The notes under the pieces were generated by a model. That model was not told the origin of the DNA. It made no database searches and saw nothing but the letters and a program-made list of their open reading frames with translations. A DNA stretch of 64,000 bases from NCBI RefSeq assembly GCF_009914755.1, contig NC_060928.1. One strand, written 5' to 3'. This stretch comes from the human T2T-CHM13v2.0 reference genome, Homo sapiens. The translations under genes and the position numbers were made by a program. Positions 39,741 through 55,510 of this stretch are shown piece after piece (position 1 is the first letter of the stretch; each line of letters begins with the position of its first letter).

Positions 39741-42129
39741 GTGGTCATTCCTAGATAAAGCTTTAACTTGATAAGATATTAATTAAGAATTCATAAAAAT
39801 TTCCCCTGCATTGCTGGCAATCTTTTATCCAGTAACAAGAAAAACCCTCTTAGTTGCTGCAGGCATTTTTCAGACACAAGATCAAAGTCAGGAATTTTTG
39901 TATCCATCTCCGTGAGAACCTTGGTTTGCAGATAGCCTCTTGTTTGCTCATTGGACCCTATTTGCTATAGTACCCAGGAGAAAATGAAATTCTTGACTTG
40001 GTTTTTTGCAAGACATTTTAAAAACTCACTTAAAGACACTCATGCTACATAGGCAGGGCAAAATACATAAATAAAATAAAGTGAGAGGAAAATTTAGACT
40101 GAGATTTCTACATGGCCAATTTCTAAAATCGGCATTTGGAAATGCATTTCACTACTTGTTGCAAAGACATAATAACAGACATCATGTCTTTCTCGAAAAC
40201 TCAGAAAAATCTCACTTATTTTGCACATCTTACTGTCTTCAAGTAATATTTACAGCTTTTAATGCATACAAAGAACATTAATCAAAAACACCATTATACC
40301 TCACCAGTGTTTGTTGAGCTCCTACTCTATGCTGAGCACTTTATAAACACTTTCTGCTTTCCTATGGTTCTGGGGACCTCTTCCCAGTTGGGCACACCAT
40401 ACTAATTGCACTTAAGAGAACCATAGGATTGTAGATGCAGACACCCATATCCTAATACTTAGCCACCATTTCCTTCCTCACTCCTCTTCCATCTGCCCCT
40501 CATCCAACAAACAGCTCTGAAGTGCAATACGCCCTGGAAAATAAAATGCAACAAAATAAAGAGTAGACTTCCTGGCTCAGAAATTGTTTATCCAAAATCA
40601 CTGTGTCTAGACAAAGTGCATTAATTAGGAGGGCTAAGCTTAATTGCTCCCCCAGGCTTATGTAAAGCAGGGAGGAAAACAGGACTTAGAGGTCCTAGAA
40701 ATATCCTGGATTACAGAGCTCATAAAGAAGCCAAGCTAAGCATTGCAGCTAGCCATAGGAACGTGGCTGGGAGTTTTTTCAGCAGATACACAGTAAGGTG
40801 AGTTTGGACAGCAGCTCTCTAGAATGACCAACTGCTTCTCTTGACAAAAAAGAGGCAGAAAGGCATTTCTAGGAGCAAAATGTAGCTCATACACTGCCAG
40901 AGAAAGGAAGATCACATTTTCCCTCTTCATATGCACAGCTGGTAAACTCTATTTGCATTTTCATATTTTGTGCTAAGCTCAATATTTAAGAGTACCATTT
41001 CAAGTAAGAAAAATGTAAAAGCAGCACCGTGAAATTCTGTATGTTCCCTGTGGCATTTTCTACAAGTTAAAGCAAATTTTTGCTGGAATGAGAATGCTTT
41101 AAAATGTGTTCAAAGAGATCCTTGTCAGTGTGGTGATATATTTCAGGGAAGATGTCATTCTTTTGGAGATATTGATTCTTGCCAATACAGTTGGAACACG
41201 ACAGAACAACAGGAATATTTTTTAACATGGTTTCCTGCTTTTACAGAAAACTAAATTAGATTTAATGTAAAAGTAAAAATGATTTTTCTCAGACGGTATG
41301 TTCATCCTTCCATTATTTACCTCCAGTGATAAATGTAGCATATGTTGTAGTCCATCTGGATGGGCAACAGATCAAAATAAACGACATGAAACAGAAATAT
41401 ATGCTACACGCAACATGCTTCTATGATCTAATTTTCTTAAACTTGATGTCATGTAGCTTATTAATCAATGCGTTTATCATTCAAAAAATGTACATTACAG
41501 TAGAAATTTGAAATGGTATAAGAAATGATGCTACTCAATGTAGTAAAATTATTTATTTCATAACACATGTTTTGGGGGAAAACGTAAGGGGAATGGCAGC
41601 AAACACAGTCTCAAAATGATCTAAAGTGTGGAAGAAAATCATTATTTAAATAAGCAGGATTTCTATTCAAAGAAACATATTTCTCATGGAATCATCAAAA
41701 TGACACTTGGCAAGAAGGAAGGCAGGAGGATGATAATTAGGGCAAAGCAAGAGCTAAAGCCATTAGATCTCACATATTCAGAGGGCCCGAGAGAGATACA
41801 ACCTCCAATACAAGACACAGTGACTTAGACTACTCTCACACATGATAACTTTCAAGGTTCTCTTCATGACATTTCTTTATAGTGTTAGGCACATGGTAGG
41901 TGTTTTAAAAATATTTATTTAGAGGTAGTCAACTAGTTTGAAAAGTTGTAATATATTGTAAACCTCTATTTTTACTGCAATCTGACTGAAAACAGGGACC
42001 CAGCAGTGCTTCAAGTCAAGCAACCTGAGTAAAGAATCTTCAATTATCCTGTCCTCCCATGGGTCCTAAAGTGCCTTGGGGCCACTCAGGCCACCTGGGA
42101 AATACACCGAGTCATCCATTAACTCTTTC

Positions 42130-42245
42130 AAAACAGATTAGTCATGCATACAGATAGTAAGTACTCAATAAATGTTTGATGGAAGAACGGATACATGGAC
42201 GGATGGGTGGATGAATGGATACATAGATGAATGGATGGATGAACA
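42130..42245 (+). repeat. L2 3' terminus with expanded (TGGA/TGAA)n tail
   Basis: 'atagtaagtactcaataaatgtttgatgga' followed by degenerate TGGA repeats. Confidence 0.65.
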
Positions 42246-43611
42246 AACCTTTCAAGTGTTTGAGAAAACAGTAATGTTAAGTGGAAAGGAAGACAAATAC
42301 AGTGTAAAGAACAATGCACTAGAAATAAAGATGTCTAGATTTCAGTTTTACCTCTACATATCAAGATCTGTAACATTTTGGGTCATATTGGTATATAAAA
42401 TTCAGGAGTTTATTTCTATTTACCTGAAAAAGAGGAGCTTGATTACTATTAACCTATCATCAGACTCTTAACATTCAATATTTCCCCAGGTCAACTCTCC
42501 AATAATCTCAACAAATTTTGATTTTATGTAAAATCTTTATTCTCTAAGACATACCAATATATGCTCCAAAAACAGATTTTTATGAAAATAAATATTTCAA
42601 GCCTCTTCACCTACCTTGGTGGCCCATTTCTTAGAAAACTTTAGTTGTCAACAGTGCTCTTAAAATGCAACAATTGGAACTAGGCACAATACCCCCGGTA
42701 ATTTCTGAACATTACAGACTACAGTGAGACTCTCAATTTCACTAGTTCGAAATAAGATTTCCTCATTCTATGAATATTTACAGCAGGGCTGCAATGTACT
42801 AACACTGCTCTGAGTACTGTGCTGTAACCAAGAAGAGAAACAAAACACTTCTCTCTCGTACCCTATTATTTGCAAGTAGGAGTAAACAGAGTAGGCAATT
42901 TCAGATAGTGATCCATATTAATGAAGCAAATAAAAACAAGTAGTGGGATAGAGTGTAAGGCAGGATGCTGCAGTATTATTTCAGATAAATTCAGACAAAT
43001 GGTAGAGCCATCCACACGAAGACTCAGGAGAAAGGTATTAATAGGTAAATAAAAACAGTAATTTTCAACCTCTGAGGCAGAAGTTAGCTTACCTTGCCCC
43101 AAACTGAAGAACAGTCCATGGTTATTGCCCATAGAAAACTAAGGAAACAGTTGTGTTACATATAACTTAACTGTAGTGTTTTAGAGTGGACTAATTCAAG
43201 TCATGTTAGATTTGCTAGTCAGGTTAGTTCTATTAGTGAAGGTTCTAAAAAACCAAAGTTAATGGAAAGACTAAGGTGGGAATGGAGTAAGTGTTTGAGG
43301 CTGACACACTAGGCAAATGTGGCCAAATGGCTTGTCAAACATGGAGGCTGGACCAGGGTGGAGTTACAGAAACTAAAACTCAATAAATGCAATTAGAAAG
43401 CCAGGGAGTGGTGGAATGGACCAAGTAAATACAATAAAACAGAACCTTTGTTCCTGTGTTTTAAATAAATATGTCTCCATGGTAAGATATATTGGAGAGC
43501 TGCTAATGTTTAAAGGCCCAGGGTTAGATGAGAAGACTCAGTCTCTTAAGATCTCATCCAAAATTATTAAGCCTTCCAAATACAAGGCTACATACTTAAG
43601 AAGTATGGAAG

Positions 43612-44078
43612 CCACATGCACATGTATGTTTACTGCGGCACTATTCACAATAGCAAAGACTTGGAACCAACCCAAATGTCCATCAATGATAGACTGGATA
43701 AAGAAAACATGGCACATATACACCATAGAATACTGTGCAGCAATAAAAAAGGATGAGTTCATGTCCTTTGCAGGGACTTGGATGAAGCTGGAAACCATCA
43801 TTCTCAGCAAACTAACACAGGAACAGAAAACCAAGCGCTGCATGTTCTCACTCATAAATGGGAGTCGAACAATGAGAACACATGGACACAGGGAGGGGAA
43901 CATCACATACTGGAGCCTATCAGGGGGTGGGGAGCTAGGGGAGGGATAGTATTAGGAGAAATATCTAATGTAGATGACAGGTTGATGGGTGCAGCAAACC
44001 ACCATGGAACATTTATACCTATGTAACAAACCTGCACGTTCTGCACATGTATCCCAGAACTTAAAGTATAATAAAAAA
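43612..44078 (+). mobile_element. 5'-truncated L1PA (about PA7-8) 3' end
   Basis: '[31 protein letters not shown]' from the ORF2 end. 3'UTR 'taatgtagatgacaggttgatgggtgcagcaaaccaccatgg..cttaaagtataataaaaaa'. Confidence 0.92.
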
Positions 44079-44163
44079 TTTTTTTAAAAATTGATCAAAA
44101 CAGTGAAATATGAATTAGACAAGGGAAAGAATGCTGCCAAAAGGATTTTACAGTTTGTATTAG

Positions 44164-44634
<471 letters not shown>

Positions 44635-44909
44635 TAGAAGAATAAGAATTAGTTACTAACAGTGTAATTGTTATGGTTGTAAAGTTAATTTAGCACTGAA
44701 ATTAATCAGTCTAGCAATGTCAAAGATGATTTCTATATGTAAATGTGGTATTAAAATAGATTGTCACATCCTTTCAAAAAACATAGTGTTGCAAGCATAA
44801 AATCTGAATTTAACTTATTCAAAGACTATCAGAACCAGCTGTACAAATTTACCAAGTATAAAGTCACACTCTATAACAGAGGACAGGAGCATATATTTTA
44901 AAGACCACT

Positions 44910-45370
44910 GTAACAGATTTCTGTTGCTGTATAACAAACATAGTAACTTTCAACAACTTGCATTTTATTTAGCTCATGATACTTTTGGGTTGTTTACATC
45001 AGCCTCAAATAATCTCAGCTAGACTTGTTCATATAACTGCCATCAGCTGGGAGCTGGTTGTTCTTAGCCTTGCTCAACTGTCTGGTGACTGGCTGTTAGC
45101 TGGGAGCAACAGAAATGGTTGGGCTACATGTCCCTCATTATCCAAAAGCTACTCTGGCTTTATCCAATTTTCAAGAAAAGCAAAAGGGCAAATGCTAATT
45201 CACAAGTATTTTTCAAGGCTCAGCTTGCATTATTTTTTAACTCTTCCCATTGGCCAAAGCAAGTCACATAGCCATGCCCGGAAACGGCGTTGGAGGGCAC
45301 TACCAAAGGACTTCAATACAGGGAGATGAAAACAAATACGGGTTGTTACAGTAATTAACACACCATAGCC
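44910..45370 (-). mobile_element. Old MLT1 (I/J group) LTR
   Basis: 'tgttgctgtataacaaac..tttatttagctcatga..cccattggccaaagcaagtcacatagcca'. Confidence 0.65.
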
Positions 45371-45829
45371 ACATAGAATAAATCCAAGGCAAAAGTCAAT
45401 CTTAATACTAAAAAATGGAAGAAATATTGCAAGAAATGACACCAGAGTTCTGAGAAAGGTAATGATAAACTAGATTTTATGCTGCACTAAGAAAAAGACA
45501 AAGTCATGTCCCTCTTGTTCACCAACATATTCTGAGTAGCCAGCCCAGTGCTTGGCTCTGGTTGGCAGAAATGTTTGTTGATTAAATAACTAATTTAATG
45601 AAGTGAATTTTCCTCTTCAAGGACTAGGATGCTAAAACACACCTCTGTATAGCACAGTAGGAAAAAATAAGGTAATACAGTAATTTTTGAATATGGCCTC
45701 TGGAATCACACTGCCTGAGTTTACATCCTGGCTTTGCTTCTTATTAAATGTGTGTTGTTGGAGAAAGCACCACACTTTCTGTGCCCTAAATTCCTGAGTT
45801 GTAAAATGAAGATTATGAGAGTACCTATG

Positions 45830-46888
45830 TGTGGTTGTTTTAGACATGGCTCCCAAATCATTTGACATCACTCCCTTTAAAAGGTAGGGTCTGTGACCCC
45901 TAATTTTGAATAGGGTGAGCTTGTAACTGTTTCAATCAATAGAGGATGGTGGAAATAAGACTGCATGACTTCCAAGACTTGGTCATAAAAGGTGATACAG
46001 GTTAGCCTTGATTGGTGAAGCACTCACTCTTGAAATGCTAAGCTTCCATTAAGAAATTGGACTATTCTGAGATCACCATGCTGTAAGGAAGCCAATGACA
46101 CAAACAGCTATGTGTGGGTGTTTCAGTTGGCAGTCCTACTCTTAGACTCTTTGTAACCCACATACCAGAAATGCAGGTGAACAGACCAGATGATTCCAAC
46201 TGTTGAGTTACTCTCCAACCTTTGAATCTTTCCAGCTGAAGCCCAGGAATCATGGAATAGTGAAAAACCATACCTGCTATATCCTGTTTGAATTTCTAAT
46301 GCACAGAATTCATAAGCATAGGAGTATTTGTTTTAAGCTACTCAGTTTTAAAGTCATTTGTTATATAGTAAAAGAAATTATAATAGATATATGGTACCTG
46401 AAAAAGTGCTATCATAAAAACCCAAAACATCTGCCCTGGCTTTGAGAGCAGGTATCAGTCGGAAGCCAGAAAGACCTGGTGACGGTGTTTATGTGTCAAT
46501 TTGACTGAGTCACTGGGTACCCAGACATTTGGCCAGAGTTATTCTGGGTGTGTCTGTGAGGAAGTTTCTAAATGAGATTAACAATTAAATGGGTAAACTG
46601 AGTAAAGCAAATTCACTTCACTAATATGAGTGGCCCTCATCCAATTAATTGAAGTCCTGAATTTAAAAATAAAAGGCTAAGCAAGAATTCCTCCTGCCTG
46701 ACTACTTAATCTGGGACATAGGATTTTTTCTGCCTTTAGATTAAAACTAGAAAACTGGCTCTTCTTGAGTCTCAGTCTTGCCAGCTTTTGGAATGAACTC
46801 ATACCATCAACTTTCCTTGTTCTCCAGCTTGCCAATCTTGGGACTTCTCAGCCTCCATAATTACATAAGCCAATTTCTCATAATAAAG

Positions 46889-46949
<61 letters not shown>

Positions 46950-48747
46950 CCTATTGTTTCTGTTTTTCTTGACAACTCTGACTAATGCAGACTTTGAGAA
47001 GAAATTATTATCAAAGGCTTAACAAAGAGTGAGCATTGTTAATAGGAGAAAGTTTAGAACACTCTCACTTGTGATGGACAAAATAGCTAATTGGATTTCT
47101 GGGCTGCATATAAGATACAACTGGAGAGACAAACTGAAAGAAAATTTCAGTTTTCAACCAAAATTTAGATAAACTATAAGGCAGCCTGGACTTGCTGGGT
47201 TTAAAAGTAGAAGTGTTTACCTTCCTCAGTTGTTACCAGCAGAATAACCTCAAATTAGAAAAAATGCCGCAAGTCAAATATTAAATCACAGTTCTTTTCA
47301 GGTAAACATCCCAGGATTAAGATGAAATCAAGGGATTGGCTTTATGGCCCTTCAGTAAAAGCTTAGAAAGATTGGAAGTGATGCCTTATAAACCCTTTCA
47401 AAGAAACAAAGCCTTGTAAGGATCTTAAGAGCATCTCTGATTGGCCTCCTCTATTGAACAATATGGATTCTGAGAATCATAAGGGCCTTAGGTCCAGCAG
47501 CCTCACAAGAGGCCAAAATAGAAAAGAGTTTATCTCAAAGAGACTTTGGGTATTACTTTTTTCTAACAAACTGGATTATAAGTTGATACACAGGAAGCCC
47601 ATACAATGTTTAAAAATATTGGTCAACTTGGATTGGATAGAGTCAGTACAAAATGAAAGACACCTTTGGACTTGCCACCAGTTTGAGCACAAAGCAATAT
47701 TAAGAGGGCATCTTATTTGAAATGCAAGCCATATCTTATTTAAAAAAATAAAACATTAAACAGTGGAACCAAGAATGTCAGAAAACTGTTTGGGGGAAAT
47801 AAAAGTAGATCCTAGTTGAAGAACTAGCAACAAGTGCCCAGGTGGATTTCAGAATTGCTATGGACATGTAACTGCTGTATGTCTCTAATTTTTCCTTCTT
47901 TTTGAACAGGAGAAGCTATGGTGGTCATCTAACGGGGCAAGTGTGTAGAGGACAAATAACTTGTCTCTTTATTTTAGAGGTCATCAGATTGAAAGCAATT
48001 ATACTAGAACTGTACCCAAGAAAACTTATCTGCAGCTGGAAAATTTAGACATAAAGGTCCTAGACTTGTGTTTGATGACAAAATGAGGTGATACTTTAGA
48101 GGTCTTGGCGAAGGATAAAATAGTATTTTGTACCCTAGAATACAAAAGAAGAAATATAAATAACTGTGGCCACAAGGCAAACTATGGTGATTTTAAAGCA
48201 AGGGCCTAAAATTATTTGACCCAACTTCCATCAAAAAGTGGAATCTATATCCACTCCCTTTGCATCTGGGTAGTTATGGGAGCAATTGTTTTAACCAATA
48301 GGCTACTGCCTCAATGACGTCTGGTGATTTCTGAGGCTAGGTTATCAAAACGCATTGCAACTTCTGATTTGTTTGCTGTAAAACTCACATTTAGAACAAT
48401 GAGTCCAATGTTAGAAGCCTGACTTCTCTAAAGTGCCATGATGTGAAGAAGCAAAATCACGGGAGTAGGTCACATGGATGTTTTCTGGTTGGCAGTCTTA
48501 TTCTTCTAAACATCTCAAATCACGTGTCTGACATCTGAGTCAATGAGGTTTCAGATTTCTATGCAGTGCATTTCAGTCACCAGTCACCGTAGAGTAACAG
48601 ACTTGGAATTATAGCCAAACACATTTAAGCATCACACTGTGCACTGTTCAAATTTCTGACCCACTGAATTCATGGGCGTTAAAAAATAGTTCTGTTAAGT
48701 CATTAAGTTTTGGGGCAATTTATTACACAGAAATAACAACTGAAATA
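45830..48747 (+). mobile_element. Two-LTR MLT1 (G-like) MaLR element: 5' LTR about 45830-46390, internal region, 3' LTR about 48183-48747
   Basis: Two homologous direct LTRs ('tgtggttgttttagacatggctcccaaatcatttgac' and 'tatggtgattttaaagcaagggcctaaaattatttgac'). The internal region starts 'tggtacctgaaaaagtgct..aaacccaaaacat..ctggctttg', as in MLT1-int. Confidence 0.75.
46478..46989 (+). mobile_element. MLT2 (D-like) solo LTR inside MLT1-int, with (CT)n(CA)n at about 46889-46947
   Basis: 'gtgacggtgtttatgtgtcaatttgactg..cccagacatttgg..ctattgtttctgtttttcttgacaactctgactaatgca'. TSD gacct/gactt. Confidence 0.85.
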
Positions 48748-50119
48748 CCATTTCATAGAACAGTTGTGAGTTATGATGAAAAGTATATAAAACAGTGCTA
48801 ACTCAACACATACATCATGTGTTCAATAATTATTAGCTAGAACAATAGTGATTATTATAAATATATAAAATATATAATAATTGTTATTAATATTAGTGTC
48901 AGGATTAGAGAAAAGCCACTTTTTACTGTCATAATGCATTAGTTTACCAAGTCAGTCAGGAAAATTATCTGTAAATGCTGTTTGCCAAGAATGTATAAGC
49001 ATAAATTCAAGAAGAGAAGAAAACCTGATCAGTAGCTACATTCAGGACTGTTATAACCAGGATTTCCACAGCTTAAGGCACCTGGGGGGAAATGACCACC
49101 TCCCTTGTTGACATCAAACAAAGGGACAGTGACTGTTTCCTCTTAGCCATCACCTAAGTGTTAACCAGTCCATATACATAAGCCCCTCAATGATAATATT
49201 TTGTTATCCTAATTCAAATTCAGTTAAGAGGCTTTTTCTTAGGCCATTTCTATTCTCCAAAAGTCATTTTGTGGATGTTACAAACATTGATATTTCCAAA
49301 GATTATCAAAACAAAAAAAAACTTCACAGAAAAATTCATGTAGAAATGAATCAGGTCAAGACCTCAGATAAATGTTGTTAGTACAACAATTTAATGAAGT
49401 CATCATTGTGCAGTTGAAGAACATTTTAAGTGCTTTTCAGCATAATGCTATTTTAAGAGAAGTTTTGATGTGATTTAGAAAAATGAAAAAAGTTACCATT
49501 TCTCTAAGCACTCAGATATTCACAAAATAATCCTATAAATATAAACTTTCAACGAACTTTTTCATTCATTATTATTAATTATTTTAGCTTTTCATAGCAT
49601 GGGCTGTTCTTTATAAAACCTAACAACCAGTAAAATAAAAGGCAATCAGGAGCATTACTACCATAAAAGTGAACAAGTAAAAATAGTTACCAAAATAACA
49701 AATATTTAAAATATTCAAAAGCCCATGAAATGTTGAAAAAATTAGCATAAAGGTTAGCATGTATTTCGGTATAAATTCTTGATTCCAGAAAATTCGTTGC
49801 TCAGCAATTCTGAGATTGACACCAAATCAGCAAAGAAAAGCCATAAGGTTAGATTTCACTTATCTAAGGCAAACAAACATGGTCTGTTTAAGTAGAGGTC
49901 AGGCCATTGGCAAACTTCAAATACCAATGTTTTAGTCTTTTTATTATCATTAATTTTATCATCATTACTATAAATGGCACAATCTATGGAGTCATGCAAC
50001 CTTAAATATTTTCTCATCACAATAGAAGGTATTAATTAATGAGCCATATTCACTGAGAATAATAAAATATGTTGAGGAAAAATACAGTCAACATAGGGAA
50101 TTGACTCCTTTAGCACTTT

Positions 50120-50370
50120 TGTTTATCAAGCACTTAATGGTGTTTATTTTATCCGAGTAAATCTTAGAACCTTGGAGATATTAACTCATTTGAAGTCTCA
50201 TAACTTTATGAGGTAGTTCTCATACTTGTCATTATTTTATATATGAGGAAACTGAGGCACAGAGATGGAAAGTAACCTGAGTTTCCACAGCTGCAAAGCA
50301 TCATAGCCCAAATTTGAACCCAGTCAGTCTTCTTCCAGATACATGCTTTTAACCACCTTACTCTGTTGCC
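50120..50370 (-). mobile_element. MIR SINE
   Basis: 'attttatatatgaggaaactgaggcacagagatggaaagtaacctg..atttgaacccagtcagtct..gcttttaaccac'. Confidence 0.8.
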
Positions 50371-50434
50371 AATTGAAATAGTCATATAACATATAAGTGA
50401 TTCCTGGGGATTTTTTGTTGTATTTTTTACTTCT

Positions 50435-50721
50435 CTTTTGTTGTTGTTGTTGTTTTTGTTTTATTCTTAGAGACAAGATCCCTCTCTGTCACCCAGGCTG
50501 GAGTACAGTGGCTCACTGCAGCCTCCAACTCCTGGCTCAAGCAAGCCTCCAATCTCAAGCTCCCAAGTAGCTAGGACTGCAGGCATGTTCCACCATGCAT
50601 GGATAATTTTTGTTTTGAATATTTTATATAGACAGGGTATCATTATGTTGCCGGCGATGCTGGTCTTGAACTCATGGCCTCAAGTGATCCTCACATCTTA
50701 GCCTCCAAAAATGCTGGGATT
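50435..50721 (-). mobile_element. AluJ, diverged and 5'-truncated
   Basis: (TTG)n tail, then 'gagacaagatccctctctgtcacccaggctggagtacagtgg..ctcctggctcaagc..gctggtcttgaactc..ggcctcaagtgatcctc..tgctgggatt'. Confidence 0.82.
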
Positions 50722-50738
50722 TGGGGCCCTTTAATTCT

Positions 50739-52281
<1,543 letters not shown>

Positions 52282-54249
52282 TAATTCTAAAGCATGAAGT
52301 TCTCTTATAATTTCACGGGGCCACAAACAGAATGCTTGAGTCAGATAGTAAAACTAACAGCCACAGATGAATCCTTCACTGTATAATCAGCTAAGTGTAT
52401 GCAGAAATCACTTCTTCCAAAAGCTAAATGAACTGTAGTAGTAGTTTCACATAGTAAATGGTAATATAGAAAGTAGTTTTAAGTTATAATGAAACAGATT
52501 GCTGTATTGGAATTTTTAAAGGTTTGTAAAATTTGCAATGACAAATTTCTAACATTTATAAGTTTTGATAATTAATTTTGAATAAAATTGGAAAGTAAAA
52601 CTGTGCTATAGATCTAAGTCTGTACATGTTAAACATAACAACTTTCAGCCACTAAGCATTCATAGGCATAGACCACTGTATGGAGCTCGCTTAGAAATCA
52701 ACCTATTTAGGTTTACAGGTAAGGATAATTACTATAGAATCTGACCATGTGTGAAACTGTATAGCTGGTGCCTCACTTAAATGTTTTACTCTGTATCTCA
52801 CACATGAGCTTCATTATCTGTTTCCTGCAGCGTTGTGCATCCAGTGGTTTCCAGGTGCCAGAATTGTTTTTTTTTTTTCCTAAGAAACTCCCTTTTATTC
52901 ATATTGGCATCAAAAGTACAAATCCTAAAGAATGCAGCATGTTGCTTTGTAGCAGAAAATGTGCAACCTTTGGTTGAGTGAAAGTAAGTCCACATCATTT
53001 GCCTGCTTCACTTTCGTTATCCAGATTTGCACAATTTGATGAGTGGGATAGTCAAGGTGAAAGATGACAGGCTGAAAGCCAAAAGTCAGACACCCAGCAC
53101 CTAGAAGCACTTTGTCCTTTTCTTCAGTCTCCTTTTCACTCCTTTAAGAGCAGAATCCTATCACCAGTTCTACCCCCATGTCATGCCTCTTTCAATTATT
53201 TAACAGGGTCGCAGAGACAAGGAAGAGAATGAGAATCGAATAGATGTCATTTCTCATCCTCACCTGGAGGTTATGAAGGCTGCTGCAAGTGGCTCAGGGT
53301 GATATTCCTGGGAATGAGCTGGGGGGAAAGCAATGCTGTCAGTCTGTGATCCTCCCCCTTCAGCAGTACCTCAAATTGAGGGATTCTAAATCCATGCTGG
53401 CATTGTCAGTGCTCCCTTTGTGCTACAAAGAATTGAGTTAAATGTTGGCTAATCAGCGAGTTTTAAAAATCCTGATTAATAAAACATGCAGAGCTACACC
53501 TGCTCCTCCAATGCTCCAAGACTCTTCCACATGAAGTTTTTGTTCAACAATCTTTCAAACACAATGACCACATGGAGTCTCATTAAATCAGTAAAAATTC
53601 ATAGTACAAAAATTTTGAAGTTCTACACCAGGGAGGAGTTTCAACAATCTACCTGCCTAATTGAGGCCACAATTTAAAAAATACTGACCAGGGTGTGACG
53701 GCAATTACTAATTGTTTTCATTTAATAGTCTATAAAATGTGTTATTCAGTCTTATTAATGCAATTATCCACAACATCTGTTTTAAACAAGAAAAATTAAT
53801 GTGAATTATGCTAATTTCATTGCTGAAAGCAAATAATAATATGGAAATTTCCTGATTTTCATTACATAAAATTATTTTCACACTATTAGCATACTCAGTG
53901 GAATTCACTCTAAGCACATGGGACTCTAATACTCAATTCAGACTCAAGAGAGTAGTTGGAAAGTGCTTTTCTGAAGAAATGAAAAAGAGAATTAGCCTTT
54001 CTACCCCTTGGCATTCACCCTGTAGTGTCAGATTCACACCTGCTAAAAATGCATTTCATTTGGTTAATACAGAGCATTAACCTGTATGCTCTGGGTAAAT
54101 GTGCTCTCAGCGCAGGCTATTCAAAAATTAATGTTTGTGATTGCTGTACCCAGATCCCAGCTATTTCCCATCTCATAAGCCAGTTGCTGCACAGGTAGCA
54201 AAGCAGGAAACTATTGCAACTGCCCTTTGGCAAAATATCATTCTGAGTC

Positions 54250-54810
54250 CTTAATGTTGTAAGTGACATAACATTCTACCAAAAATATAGCTTAAACAAT
54301 AAAGGACATATATCAAATCACTTCATTGGAAAATTGTTTGGTTTTTAACAAGGATTGGTTTTAAAGAAGGACTGATCCACTAGCCCAAACAATATTACCC
54401 AGAGTCTATTTTTTTTCTCTCTCTATGTTCTGCCTATTTCCAAGTAAACTTCAGCATTGGGAGCATCTGTGGTCCCTTTGAAGCTCCAACCTTTTCCCTC
54501 AGTATATCTCACATGTCCTTATACAAGCCACCCATTAGGAGAGAGCAAGTTTACTTCAGAAGTCTTCAGGACAAAAAGGTGTCTCTTCCCAAAAACCATT
54601 TTAAAGGTTCAGTGTGTGCCATTGATTCAATGGAATCAAGTATCCATTCCTGAACCAGTTACCAAGACAGAGTATTGTGATACACGGATTATTTTAAGCC
54701 AGTGAAGGCCCATCCCAAATCACATGACTGAGAATGGGGAGGGTTGGTTCTCTGAACACTGTTACCAGAAGCAAACATGGATGACGTACAGTAATCACAA
54801 CAGATGTCCA
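54250..54810 (-). mobile_element. Old MLT1 (J/K group) LTR
   Basis: 'ttgtaagtgaca..agcttaaacaataaagga..cattgatt..tccattcctgaaccagttacc'; highly diverged. Confidence 0.5.
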
Positions 54811-55344
54811 TTAGAGGTGAGTCCTCACTACTCAGGCCTATCCTGCCTGAGACAAATATGCATTTGAAGACAAACACGGCCTTTGTGTGCCAAAGTGAAG
54901 CATGGCCACATGATCATTTTCAAGGGATAATAGAAGAAAATAAAATCTTATTTTCAAAATGAGATCTAGTTAAAATGTACTTTTTTCTCAAAGAGACAAA
55001 CTTGAAAGGCTGAGTTATCTACTCAAGATTAAGAGGCCTTGATGAAGCCAGAATTCTATTTCAAATATTCTGAATTTTGTCCCAGTATCCTCCCTACTAA
55101 ATTACTTTGACCATTATTATTTATTTTTTCCATATTTTCTGAATTTGAATAAAATGAATTCTAGTCATATTTTATAATAGCACCCAATGTATATTCCATC
55201 TGATCTTATGAATCATGGGCAGACACTGTAACAAAAAGAAAACAAAACTCCCCCCACTTAGAGGTTAGCAGGTTTGGGGGTTACATTTACTCTTTGGGGA
55301 TAATAATTTGGTGTCTGAAAAAAAGATTGCTAAATGAACTGGTA

Positions 55345-55510
55345 ATAGAAAGAGCAGTAGACTGGTAGTCAATGGCCTGCATTTTTGTCCCAAATTCACC
55401 ACTAACTAGTTGTGTGACATTGGCAAACTCTTTATTCTCTATGGACTTCAATGATGGGTTGTAAATTAAAATGAATAATTTTTAAGGAACTTTCTGATTC
55501 TGGGATCCTT
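55345..55510 (+). mobile_element. MIR fragment
   Basis: 'gaaagagcagtagactgg..caccactaactagttgtgtgacattggcaa..ctctatggacttca'. Confidence 0.55.

Larger units (their letters stand above)
45660..48840 (+). mobile_element. MIR split by the MLT1 element (pieces about 45660-45828 and 48748-48840)
   Basis: 'ctctggaatcacactgcctgagtttacatcctggct..gtaaaatgaagattatgagagtaccta' resumes as 'tttcatagaacagttgtgag..atataaaacagtgct..gttcaataat'. Confidence 0.65.
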
